This document shows positions 56,032 through 64,000 of a stretch of DNA of 64,000 nt, one piece after another (positions within the stretch are counted from its first letter, which is position 1; each line of letters opens with the position of its first letter). The stretch spans positions 1,824-65,823 of the forward strand of contig JASEHH010000007.1 of NCBI GenBank assembly GCA_030017685.1, read 5' to 3'. Source of the stretch: Thermodesulfobacteriota bacterium (lineage in GTDB: Bacteria > Desulfobacterota > BSN033 > UBA1163). A program made the position numbers and the translations under genes. The notes under the pieces were generated by a model, which worked only from the letters and a program-made list of their open reading frames with translations, searched no databases and was not told where the DNA came from.

Positions 56032-57072
56032 TTGAAGAGAATCTCTTATAAAGATGCGGGTGTGGATATTGAGAAAGGAAACTCATTTGTCCAGGCAATC
56101 AAGCCGATGGTAGAGTCGACCTTTCGACCTAAGGTATTGACTAAGATCGGTGGGTTTGCTGGTTGCGTATCCCTCAACATGGAACGTTATAAAAAACCGA
56201 TCTTGGTCTCCTCTACCGATGGCGTGGGCACGAAACTGGAGATTGCCTTCCTCATGGATCGCCATGATACCGTGGGGGTCGATCTGGTGGCAATGTGTGT
56301 CAATGACATCGTGGTCAGTGGAGCCAAGCCCCTCTTCCTTTTGGATTATTTAGCCACTTCTCAACTGGACCCAGAAAAGGCGAAGGAGATCGTTTCAGGC
56401 ATTGTCAAAGGATGTGTGGAGGCGGAATGCTCCCTCATCGGAGGGGAGACCGCGGAGATGCCGGGTTTTTATAAAAAAGGGGAGTACGATCTGGCTGGAT
56501 TTGTCGTTGGAATTGTGGAGGATGCTCAATTGATCGATGGGTCGAGTGTGACCGTGGGCGATAAATTGATAGGGATTGCCTCCAGCGGCCTTCACAGCAA
56601 CGGTTATTCCTTAGTGAGGAAGGTGCTCATTGAACATCACAAATTGGATCTTGGGAAAAGAGTTGAAGGGATCGGAGAGATATTAGGAGAAGAACTCCTC
56701 CGGCCAACTAAGATCTATGTCAAGACCATCCTCAACCTTGTCAGAGACTTCACCATTGGAGGAATAGCTCATATCACGGGTAGGGGCATCACGGGAAATC
56801 TTCCAAGGGTTATTCCAAAGGGTTGTAAAGCCATCGTGCGAAAAGGGTCATGGGATATTCCTCCCATCTTCTCCTTCCTGAAGGAGATGGGGAATATTTC
56901 TGAGGATGAAATGCTTCGGACTTTTAACAACGGAATTGGGATGATCCTCATCGTCAGGGCAAAAGAGGCGGAGGACATCCTGGCAAGGCTTCGCTCCATG
57001 GGTGAGAAGGTTTTTATGATCGGCGAGATCGTGAAATCGGAGAAGGAACAAGAGAGAATCGAATTTGTCTGA
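56032..57072 (+). CDS. purM: phosphoribosylformylglycinamidine cyclo-ligase (AIR synthetase), TTG start
   Basis: YKDAGVDIEKGN, GGFAG and DGVGTKL motifs. Confidence 0.9.
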   Translation: MKRISYKDAGVDIEKGNSFVQAIKPMVESTFRPKVLTKIGGFAGCVSLNMERYKKPILVSSTDGVGTKLEIAFLMDRHDTVGVDLVAMCVNDIVVSGAKPLFLLDYLATSQLDPEKAKEIVSGIVKGCVEAECSLIGGETAEMPGFYKKGEYDLAGFVVGIVEDAQLIDGSSVTVGDKLIGIASSGLHSNGYSLVRKVLIEHHKLDLGKRVEGIGEILGEELLRPTKIYVKTILNLVRDFTIGGIAHITGRGITGNLPRVIPKGCKAIVRKGSWDIPPIFSFLKEMGNISEDEMLRTFNNGIGMILIVRAKEAEDILARLRSMGEKVFMIGEIVKSEKEQERIEFV

Positions 57073-57241
57073 CCCCCTTTGGGTCACTCCTTTTTCTACA
57101 AAAATTTTTAGTGGGACAAACTTCTACTTATAATGTTTCTTGAAATACCCCAACCAACTATCAACAGCGGCACGCAACATCAATGTGTCTTGCTTTTCTT
57201 ACTACCGCAGCACAGCTATTTTGAAAGGTGGTTAACAAGTC

Positions 57242-58216
57242 ATGGAAGTGAATTCTAAGAGGTCCATACAAATACCAGCGAGAGATACCAGGTCAAGAGG
57301 CAAAACCATCAAAGGATGGATCCAACTATCCCGCCCCCCATTTCATCTGGTGGGTCTGCTTCCGTTTGTCCTGGGTGCGCTGTTAGCCTGGTATATATAT
57401 GGGGTGTTCAACTGGACTGTTTTTGTTTGGAGCACAGCCGCCGTACTCTTAATTATGCTTTCTACCTACTATAGCGGAGAGTATCACGACCTTAAAGAGG
57501 ACAAACTCTCTGCCGAGATTGAGAGGAATGTTTTTTCTGGTGGAAGTCAGGCTATAGTAAAGAATCTGATGTCCCATAAACAGGCTAAAATCGCCGGATA
57601 CGTAACACTGGTTCTGGCAGGAATAATCGGGCTCATCCTTCATTTCTATTACAAGACTGGCTTTTGGACAATTCCGCTAGGGGTTATTGGCATGACCGCC
57701 GGATTTTTCTATTCCACCCCGCCGCTACGTTGGGTAAAGAGAGGAGTCGGGGAGATTATCATTGGGTTCTGTTACGGATGGCTTCCGGTGGCTACTGCCT
57801 TCTATCTACAGACTGGCACGATAGACAATATTGTCCACTGGATTTCCATCCCCATCGCCTGCACTATCTTCAATGTAATCCTCATAAACGAGTTTCCGGA
57901 CTATCCCGCTGATATGAGTGAGGGGAAAAGGAATCTGGCGGTAAGGCTGGGGAAAGACACCGCCGCCTTCCTTTATATCGCGATGACAGTCATCGCCTGG
58001 ATCGCGTTCGGATTGGCGGTGAGTCAGGGGTTGCCAGCGGTGGGCTTACTATTCTACCTTCCGGTTTTCTTAATTGCCTTGTGGTTAGTTTTTTTGATAT
58101 CTAAAAAGGATTACCTCAATAAAAAGCGGCTGGAGTTGATTTGCGGACTCACTATAGTTGTCAATCTGGGGACCGCACTGGCATATATTCTGGCTCTCTG
58201 GTTGGGAGGTTTTTAA
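57242..58216 (+). CDS. UbiA-family aromatic prenyltransferase
   Basis: A polytopic membrane protein with the UbiA-type Asp-rich motif region (YYSGEYHDLKED). Confidence 0.75.
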   Translation: MEVNSKRSIQIPARDTRSRGKTIKGWIQLSRPPFHLVGLLPFVLGALLAWYIYGVFNWTVFVWSTAAVLLIMLSTYYSGEYHDLKEDKLSAEIERNVFSGGSQAIVKNLMSHKQAKIAGYVTLVLAGIIGLILHFYYKTGFWTIPLGVIGMTAGFFYSTPPLRWVKRGVGEIIIGFCYGWLPVATAFYLQTGTIDNIVHWISIPIACTIFNVILINEFPDYPADMSEGKRNLAVRLGKDTAAFLYIAMTVIAWIAFGLAVSQGLPAVGLLFYLPVFLIALWLVFLISKKDYLNKKRLELICGLTIVVNLGTALAYILALWLGGF

Positions 58217-58222
58217 GTCAAA

Positions 58223-59449
58223 ATGCAAAGACCCTCCATATTCAATTGGCCGCTAAAATCAATATTCTGGCCCCCAAGTTTAATAGCAAAACAACTGGGA
58301 AGCGTGCTCTATTTGAAACATCTGCTCAAATGGAACAAATTCCCATCCTGGTTCCTCAATCATAGTATTAAGTCCTTACCTGTGGCTGCCGGTTCCCTCG
58401 GTATGGGCTGCATTGGTTTCCCGCCGCATCCAGCCTGGGAGGTGACGGCCGCCTGCAATCTGCGCTGTATACATTGCCATGCAGCGAGCAGCAAACCAGC
58501 CAGAGACGAACTGACAACCGATGAAGCTAAAAGATTCATAGACGAGTTGGCCAGGATAGATGAATTTCGGACGCTGGTCTATACCGGCGGAGAGCCTTTG
58601 GTGCGCCCCGACCTGCTCGAACTTCTGCAGTATTCCCAAAAGGCTGGCCTGACCAATGTTATCGCTACCAACGGCACCTTGATAAACGAGGAGGTCGCCT
58701 TTAAGCTCAGGGAGGTTGGCGTCGTCGGGGCAGCAGTCAGCCTCGATTCCTCACAGAGTGCAATCCATAATCATATCCGTAGAAACGATAATGCTTTTGA
58801 ACTGGCCATGCGAGGCATACAAGCATTAAAAAAGGCGGGCATTCTCTTGCAGATAAACGTTACGGCGATGGAGTACAACTTCTCCAGTCTTGACGAATTG
58901 ATTGAGCTAACTGATAGAGAGGGGGCAGGGATTATGCTGATGTATCAATTGGTGCCAGTGGGGCGAGGAAGCTCTATTGAAGAGGCCACGCTCGATGTCA
59001 ACCAAAACGAGAAATTGCTGAAATTCTTAGCCCGCAAGCAGAGAGAGGTTTCCACCATCATCGAACCTGTGGCTGGCCCTCAGTACTGGCCCTATTTAAT
59101 CGAGCAGCGTGGCAAGTCGAATGGCATCTGGTTCAAACTTGCCGAGCAATTATTCCACGGCTGTGCCGCAGGCCGAGGATTCGTTTACATTAAAGCCAAT
59201 GGCGATGTGTGGCCCTGTCCCTTTGTGGGAATAAATGCTGGGAATGTTAGAATGAAATCTTTCGAGAACATCTGGCAGCATGGCGAGGTGTTTGTCAATT
59301 TGAGAAAACGAGAGCATATACTGAAAGGGGACTGTGGCAAGTGCAAATATCGAACGATATGTGGCGGGTGCCGCGGGCGGGCCTTAGCCTATCATGGGGA
59401 CTATCTGGCTGAAGACCCCTCGTGTTTTCTGCATTCCAAATCCTGTTAG
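58223..59449 (+). CDS. radical SAM protein with C-terminal SPASM-like Cys cluster (true start probably near 58403)
   Basis: CNLRCIHC (CxxxCxxC), then a C-terminal cluster CPFVG...CGKCKYRTICGGCRGRA. Confidence 0.75.
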   Translation: MQRPSIFNWPLKSIFWPPSLIAKQLGSVLYLKHLLKWNKFPSWFLNHSIKSLPVAAGSLGMGCIGFPPHPAWEVTAACNLRCIHCHAASSKPARDELTTDEAKRFIDELARIDEFRTLVYTGGEPLVRPDLLELLQYSQKAGLTNVIATNGTLINEEVAFKLREVGVVGAAVSLDSSQSAIHNHIRRNDNAFELAMRGIQALKKAGILLQINVTAMEYNFSSLDELIELTDREGAGIMLMYQLVPVGRGSSIEEATLDVNQNEKLLKFLARKQREVSTIIEPVAGPQYWPYLIEQRGKSNGIWFKLAEQLFHGCAAGRGFVYIKANGDVWPCPFVGINAGNVRMKSFENIWQHGEVFVNLRKREHILKGDCGKCKYRTICGGCRGRALAYHGDYLAEDPSCFLHSKSC

Positions 59450-59610
59450 ATTCTAATCATCCCAATTTGATCACAAAGGTAGGAAAGTTCGTTTCAAGTA
59501 TAAACGACTCCTTAAAATCATAAAGGGTTTACTATAGGCTTGACATTGGGGAGGGGAATTGGGTATCTCTAAAGCATGGGCAGCAAAATACTTTTTACCC
59601 TGAAGGAGAA

Positions 59611-60471
59611 ATGATGGAACTCGTGCGCAAGGTATCCGGGATGCAGGGAATATCTGATAGGCTGATGAAGGAAGGAAAAAAAATTGGGTTCGTCCCGACC
59701 ATGGGGTATCTCCACGAGGGACACCTATCTTTGGTCAGAAAGGCAAAAGAGTTATGCGATTCTGTGGTGGTCTCAATATTCGTTAATCCCACTCAATTTG
59801 TACCGGGAGAAGATTATGAACGATATCCCCGTGATGAAGAAAGAGACAGGGTGTTACTTGATGCGGCAGGCGTTGACTTCCTTTTTATCCCAGAAGTGAT
59901 GGAGGTGTATCCCTCCGGATATCAGACCTATGCGGAGGTGACAGAAGTTTCAAAAGGACTCTGTGGCAATTTTAGACCGGGGCATTTCAGGGGTGTCGCT
60001 ACGGTCGTGGCCAAGCTTTTTAATATGGTGAAACCACACCTGGCCGTTTTTGGAGAGAAGGATTTCCAGCAGCTCCTTGTGATTAAAAGGATGGTTGAGG
60101 ATCTGAATTTTGATATTGAAATCATCCCAGGAGTCACCGTGAGAGAAGAGGACGGCATTGCGATGAGCTCAAGAAATGCCTATCTTTCTCCTGAAGATAG
60201 GAAAAAGGCTGCGGTTCTCTATCGATCTCTTATGAAAGGGAAAGAGTCTTTTGAATCCGGTGAGAGGCATGCCTCCATCCTATGCAGAACTGTTAAAGAT
60301 AGCCTGGAATCGGTGAGTGGGATTTCTTTTCAATATGTGGAGATTCGGGACGCTGGAACACTCGAGAAAATCGAGGTAGTTAATCGGCCTACCGTGATTG
60401 CCCTTGCTTCAATCGTGGGAGGTGTGAGGCTCATCGATAATATCATCATTGGCAGGGAGAAACCTTTCTGA
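59611..60471 (+). CDS. panC: pantoate--beta-alanine ligase
   Basis: VPTMGYLHEGHLSLV HIGH motif and FGEKDFQQL. Confidence 0.9.
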   Translation: MMELVRKVSGMQGISDRLMKEGKKIGFVPTMGYLHEGHLSLVRKAKELCDSVVVSIFVNPTQFVPGEDYERYPRDEERDRVLLDAAGVDFLFIPEVMEVYPSGYQTYAEVTEVSKGLCGNFRPGHFRGVATVVAKLFNMVKPHLAVFGEKDFQQLLVIKRMVEDLNFDIEIIPGVTVREEDGIAMSSRNAYLSPEDRKKAAVLYRSLMKGKESFESGERHASILCRTVKDSLESVSGISFQYVEIRDAGTLEKIEVVNRPTVIALASIVGGVRLIDNIIIGREKPF

Positions 60472-60493
60472 TATTTGTTGCCTTGAATTAGGA

Positions 60494-62755
60494 TTATTTA
60501 TCCATTACTTCCCTCACTTTTCTGACCAGTCCTTCCACAGATAGGGGCTTCTGGATAAAGTTCAACCCGCTTTCAAGAATACCGTGATGGGAAATGGCAT
60601 TATCCGTATAACCCGACATATAAAGAACCTTAAAACCATGACAGACTTCCTTAAGCTTCTCAACCAGTCGGCGACCATCCATTCCAGGCATCACCACATC
60701 GGTCAGGACAAGATGTATAGGCTTTTTCCCCTCCTTACCAATCTCAAGGGCCTCATCTCCGCTTCCCGCTCCCAGCACCTCATATCCATGCTTCTCCAAT
60801 ATCTTCATGGCGAGTTTCTGGACCTTCTCGTCGTCCTCAACGAGAAGGATGGTCTCACTGCCACGGGGAAGCTCCCTTTGAACCACCTTCTCACCCACCT
60901 CCTCCGGAGGCTCATCCACTCGCGGAAGGTAAATTTTAAAGGTCGTCCCTTTCCCCGGCTCACTATAGACCCAGATGTTTCCGTCACTCTGTTTCACGAT
61001 TCCATAGACAGTCGAAAGACCCAATCCCGTTCCTTTCCCCTTTTCTCTAGTCGTAAAGAAGGGCTCAAAGATCTTTTCCTTGACTTCCGGAGTCATCCCC
61101 ACTCCGGTATCGCTTACGGAGAGCATCACGTAAGGTCCCGGCTTCACTGCAATATGATTGCGGGCATAATTCTCATCCAGTTCCACATTGGATGTCTCAA
61201 TGGTGAGTTTCCCTCCCTTCTGCATCGCATCTCTCGCATTGACCGCAAGGTTCATCACCACCTGCTCGATCTGTCCGGGATCGGCCTTCACCATTCCTAA
61301 ATCATCTGCCAATAGAGTAACCAGCCCGATATCCTCACCAATGACCCGTTGTAACATCTTATCCAGATCTCGTAAAATGGTGTTGAGATCTAACACTCTC
61401 ATCTCCAACACCTGGCGCCGGCTGAAGGCCAAAAGTTGTCGGGTGAGAGCGGCTGCCCGGTCAGCCGCATTCTGAACCACCTCGATATTTTCTCGCAAAG
61501 GATCACCTGCTTTCATTTCCATGAGGGAGAGCTGACTGTTTCCCTTGATGATGGTGAGAAGATTGTTAAAATCATGGGCCACCCCACCGGCTAACTGGCC
61601 AATGGCCTCCATCTTCTGAGACTGACGAAACTGTTCTTGAAGGACACGCTTTTCTTCTTCCGCACGCTTGCGTTCGGTAATATCACGGACAATATGGACA
61701 ACGCCTTTCATCGCTCCGGAGTTATCGTGGATTGGATCTACCGTTACCTGAAGCCAGATCCCTCGCTCTCCATCGTAGAATTCAAAATCTTCACGGATAT
61801 TGGTTTGTCTCACCCGTTTAAAGGGACATCCCTCAATAAAATCAGATGTGCAATGAGCAATTCTGTAACAATGTTTGCCTAATACGTCTTCGGTTTTTAT
61901 TCCCAATAAACGTTCATAAACTCCGTTTGATTGTATGACTCTTCCTCCTGAGTCAAGAAGCCATATGCCATCTGATATTGCATTGAAAGTATTTTTCCAG
62001 TTTTCCAATGCTATTCCTAATGCCTCCTCGGCCTGCTTGCGCTTTCCGATCATCTCATCAAAAGCCCTCGAAAGCTGTCCAACCTCATCCTTTGCGGTTG
62101 TGCCCACCCTGTAATCCAGGTTGCCAGCGCCGATGATTTCGGTTCCCTCGTGAAGCTTCCTGATCGGCTTTACAACACTTCTGCCAAACATAAATGAAAC
62201 CGCTGCAATAATTGCTGCCATGATTGCAACAAACACCATAACAAGCAGACTGGACCTTTGTTGAGCAATTGCTACCTCTGCCCGACTTGCCTCGGCCAAC
62301 TGCGAGGCATCAGAAACCATAGCTTGAGACTTCACCAATAACTGGCCCGCCAATCTCTCTTCTAATTCCCGTGACAGAGCAGATTCTTTTCTCCCACGCC
62401 TTTTGTAATTTTCGACCAGTTGGGAAAAAAGATCTTTAAGGCTCTCAAGATTCTGATGCATCCTGTCTAAAATAAGTCGCCTTTCCAGACTTTTGAATTC
62501 TTCCCCTGTTAGCAACTTTGTTAGAGAGTCATGCCTTAATTGCCACTGTGTCTGCATCCGCTCTTCGCGGTGCAATAAATATTCATAAGTTATGATATTC
62601 AGCTCAAATACACCCTTGGCTATCTCATCTGCTATTTTGAGTCCAATAATTCCTTTATTCACCCTCTGAGATGTCAGAAAGAGAACTAAGCCGATTGCAA
62701 GGGCTATTGCTACAGAAAAGATTGTGATCATTTGTAGTCTGGTCTTAATCTTCAT
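60494..62755 (-). CDS. hybrid sensor histidine kinase (transmembrane - HAMP - PAS - HisKA - HATPase_c - receiver), copy 2
   Basis: 753 aa. It is the paralog of 36222..38618 but carries a PAS-like segment ([31 protein letters not shown]...) in place of the GAF segment. Confidence 0.85.
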   Translation of the reverse strand: MKIKTRLQMITIFSVAIALAIGLVLFLTSQRVNKGIIGLKIADEIAKGVFELNIITYEYLLHREERMQTQWQLRHDSLTKLLTGEEFKSLERRLILDRMHQNLESLKDLFSQLVENYKRRGRKESALSRELEERLAGQLLVKSQAMVSDASQLAEASRAEVAIAQQRSSLLVMVFVAIMAAIIAAVSFMFGRSVVKPIRKLHEGTEIIGAGNLDYRVGTTAKDEVGQLSRAFDEMIGKRKQAEEALGIALENWKNTFNAISDGIWLLDSGGRVIQSNGVYERLLGIKTEDVLGKHCYRIAHCTSDFIEGCPFKRVRQTNIREDFEFYDGERGIWLQVTVDPIHDNSGAMKGVVHIVRDITERKRAEEEKRVLQEQFRQSQKMEAIGQLAGGVAHDFNNLLTIIKGNSQLSLMEMKAGDPLRENIEVVQNAADRAAALTRQLLAFSRRQVLEMRVLDLNTILRDLDKMLQRVIGEDIGLVTLLADDLGMVKADPGQIEQVVMNLAVNARDAMQKGGKLTIETSNVELDENYARNHIAVKPGPYVMLSVSDTGVGMTPEVKEKIFEPFFTTREKGKGTGLGLSTVYGIVKQSDGNIWVYSEPGKGTTFKIYLPRVDEPPEEVGEKVVQRELPRGSETILLVEDDEKVQKLAMKILEKHGYEVLGAGSGDEALEIGKEGKKPIHLVLTDVVMPGMDGRRLVEKLKEVCHGFKVLYMSGYTDNAISHHGILESGLNFIQKPLSVEGLVRKVREVMDK

Positions 62756-62761
62756 AATTCA

Positions 62762-63793
62762 TCACCTGATAATTGTCACTGCTTCAGGTTTCACAGCCTT
62801 CAGCCCGTCAAGATAGATAAAATTAAGGTAGTTTGGAACCTTTGTTTTATCGGTTAACTTGTTCTTTATTGCCCATCGCGTTTGATTCTCTAAGTTTATT
62901 AAAAGAGATTGTTCCAGCGTTATGCCGAAGTTATAGATGCCCCATAGTTCACGAAGCAGGGATTCATCCATCCTGATATAGTCTGCTATGATCTTGCGCG
63001 ATTCATCTGGATTTTCTCTAATAAATTCTACCGCCTTAATCAGAGTCCGGAGAACCCTTTGAATAACTTCTGGATTTTTATGAGCAAACTCTTGCATGAC
63101 AGCGACGTTAAATGTCCAGGTATATATCCCATCGCCGTAGAATGTTATTGCCCTTTCACCAAATTTCTTTTGTAAGCGGATCAGGTGGGGGTGCCAGGTT
63201 GATACGGCATCAACTTCACCTTTTACTAAAGAGTCAAACATTTCCTCCGGTGTCAAACTAACTGCTTTAACTTCTTTCACAGGTATTCCATGCATCACTA
63301 AGAGCGCATCCATGAAGAACTCTCCATTTGTCCCGATACTCACTCCAATTCTTTTGCCTTTAAGGTCGGCGGGTAGAGAAATTTTCCTATCCTTTCTCGC
63401 AATAATCGCCATATTTTTCTCCGAGGTAAATAGTGTAGCTATCGCGTATATTTTCTCTCCCCTCATCACAGCAAACATGATCGGGGTTTCTGCAACAACT
63501 GCTAAATCTGCTTTTCCCTCCAATACTGCATTGAGGGCGGCCTTTCCTGATGTGTGAGGTTGAAGCGTTACATCAAGCCCTTCATCTTTGAAGTAGCCTT
63601 TTATGTAAGCGATATATACAGGTCCCGCACTTGGTTGGGTTGGTTCAGCAAGGGTTACTTTTTCAAGCGGCTCACCTGGTCTTTGTTGTTTCTGACTGAG
63701 CCAAAAATAACCAACCAGTAGCGCTATGACTCCCCCTATCAAAAGAAGATATGTATATTGGAATAACTTTTTTGTTTTAACTTCGCCGCTCAT
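62762..63793 (-). CDS. membrane-anchored NMT1/THI5/SsuA-like periplasmic substrate-binding protein (copy 2)
   Basis: Protein identical to 35184..36215, and the nucleotide sequence is identical where spot-checked. Confidence 0.7.
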   Translation of the reverse strand: MSGEVKTKKLFQYTYLLLIGGVIALLVGYFWLSQKQQRPGEPLEKVTLAEPTQPSAGPVYIAYIKGYFKDEGLDVTLQPHTSGKAALNAVLEGKADLAVVAETPIMFAVMRGEKIYAIATLFTSEKNMAIIARKDRKISLPADLKGKRIGVSIGTNGEFFMDALLVMHGIPVKEVKAVSLTPEEMFDSLVKGEVDAVSTWHPHLIRLQKKFGERAITFYGDGIYTWTFNVAVMQEFAHKNPEVIQRVLRTLIKAVEFIRENPDESRKIIADYIRMDESLLRELWGIYNFGITLEQSLLINLENQTRWAIKNKLTDKTKVPNYLNFIYLDGLKAVKPEAVTIIR

Positions 63794-64000
63794 TTTGTCT
63801 TCTCCATGGGAAAAGATTATCTGATTACACAGATTAAGTGTCTCATCCCAAAAATCTTTTGATCATCTCAGGCAGCCGCTTTCCTTGAATGTCCTATTTT
63901 GGAATCCTTTCCTTATAGATTGTTTCTCACTTTTTTCGATATAATGAAAACAGATAGCTCCCAATCCTCGCTCCCCCCCTTAATTCCAGTTTAGATGAGT

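Noticed and set aside
56032-60471. Treating the whole 38.6-60.5 kb segment as a purely accessory horizontally acquired island
   Set aside because: It also contains core genes purM and panC, so it is better described as a chromosomal segment bracketed by an inverted duplication than as a foreign island.

Overview
This 64-kb window reads as chromosomal DNA from an anaerobic bacterium. GC content is moderate. The gene content suggests a syntrophic or deltaproteobacterial-type organism, but that is inference only. Most annotated genes are on the + strand (two operons and the far sensor module are on the - strand), and the window has four main blocks.

- Positions 1-14.0 kb: a short-chain dehydrogenase, two MarR regulators, and an Fe-S protein with an in-frame TGA. 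The block also holds two molybdopterin oxidoreductase operons, a thiolase, an ECF-type sigma factor, and a Phd/VapC toxin-antitoxin pair set between roughly 50-bp repeats.
- Positions 14.3-21.8 kb: one tightly packed aromatic amino acid operon that uses the archaeal-type first two steps (ADH synthase aroA' and DHQ synthase II aroB'), followed by aroD, aroE, aroA, aroK, aroC and pheA. A structured leader with two tandem intrinsic terminators precedes it.
- Positions 25.8-31.9 kb: a trp operon (trpE, trpG, trpD, trpC, trpF, trpA, with trpB absent) preceded by a Trp-rich leader peptide plus terminator, which looks like a classical attenuator. Two MITE-like insertions sit exactly in the trpG/trpD and trpC/trpF junctions.
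- Positions 34.8-64 kb: a catabolic island of about 22 kb flanked by an inverted duplication of about 3.8 kb. The island carries 3-hydroxyacyl-CoA dehydrogenases, acyl-CoA dehydrogenases, an enoyl-CoA hydratase, a thiolase, two ptb genes, buk, an ADP-forming acyl-CoA synthetase, and also purM, a UbiA-family gene, a radical SAM gene and panC. Each copy of the duplication encodes a membrane-anchored substrate-binding protein plus a hybrid histidine kinase. The binding-protein genes are identical. The kinases share their N- and C-terminal parts, but one carries a GAF domain and the other a PAS domain.

Inside the island there are clear signs of ongoing decay. A 167-bp MITE with a 9-bp target-site duplication splits the enoyl-CoA hydratase gene. 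Two acyl-CoA dehydrogenase gene remnants sit in tandem. A duplicated promoter plus 5' fragment of ptb lies about 9 kb upstream of the intact gene. Several families of small dispersed repeats and a GC-rich structured intergenic element of unknown class are also present.
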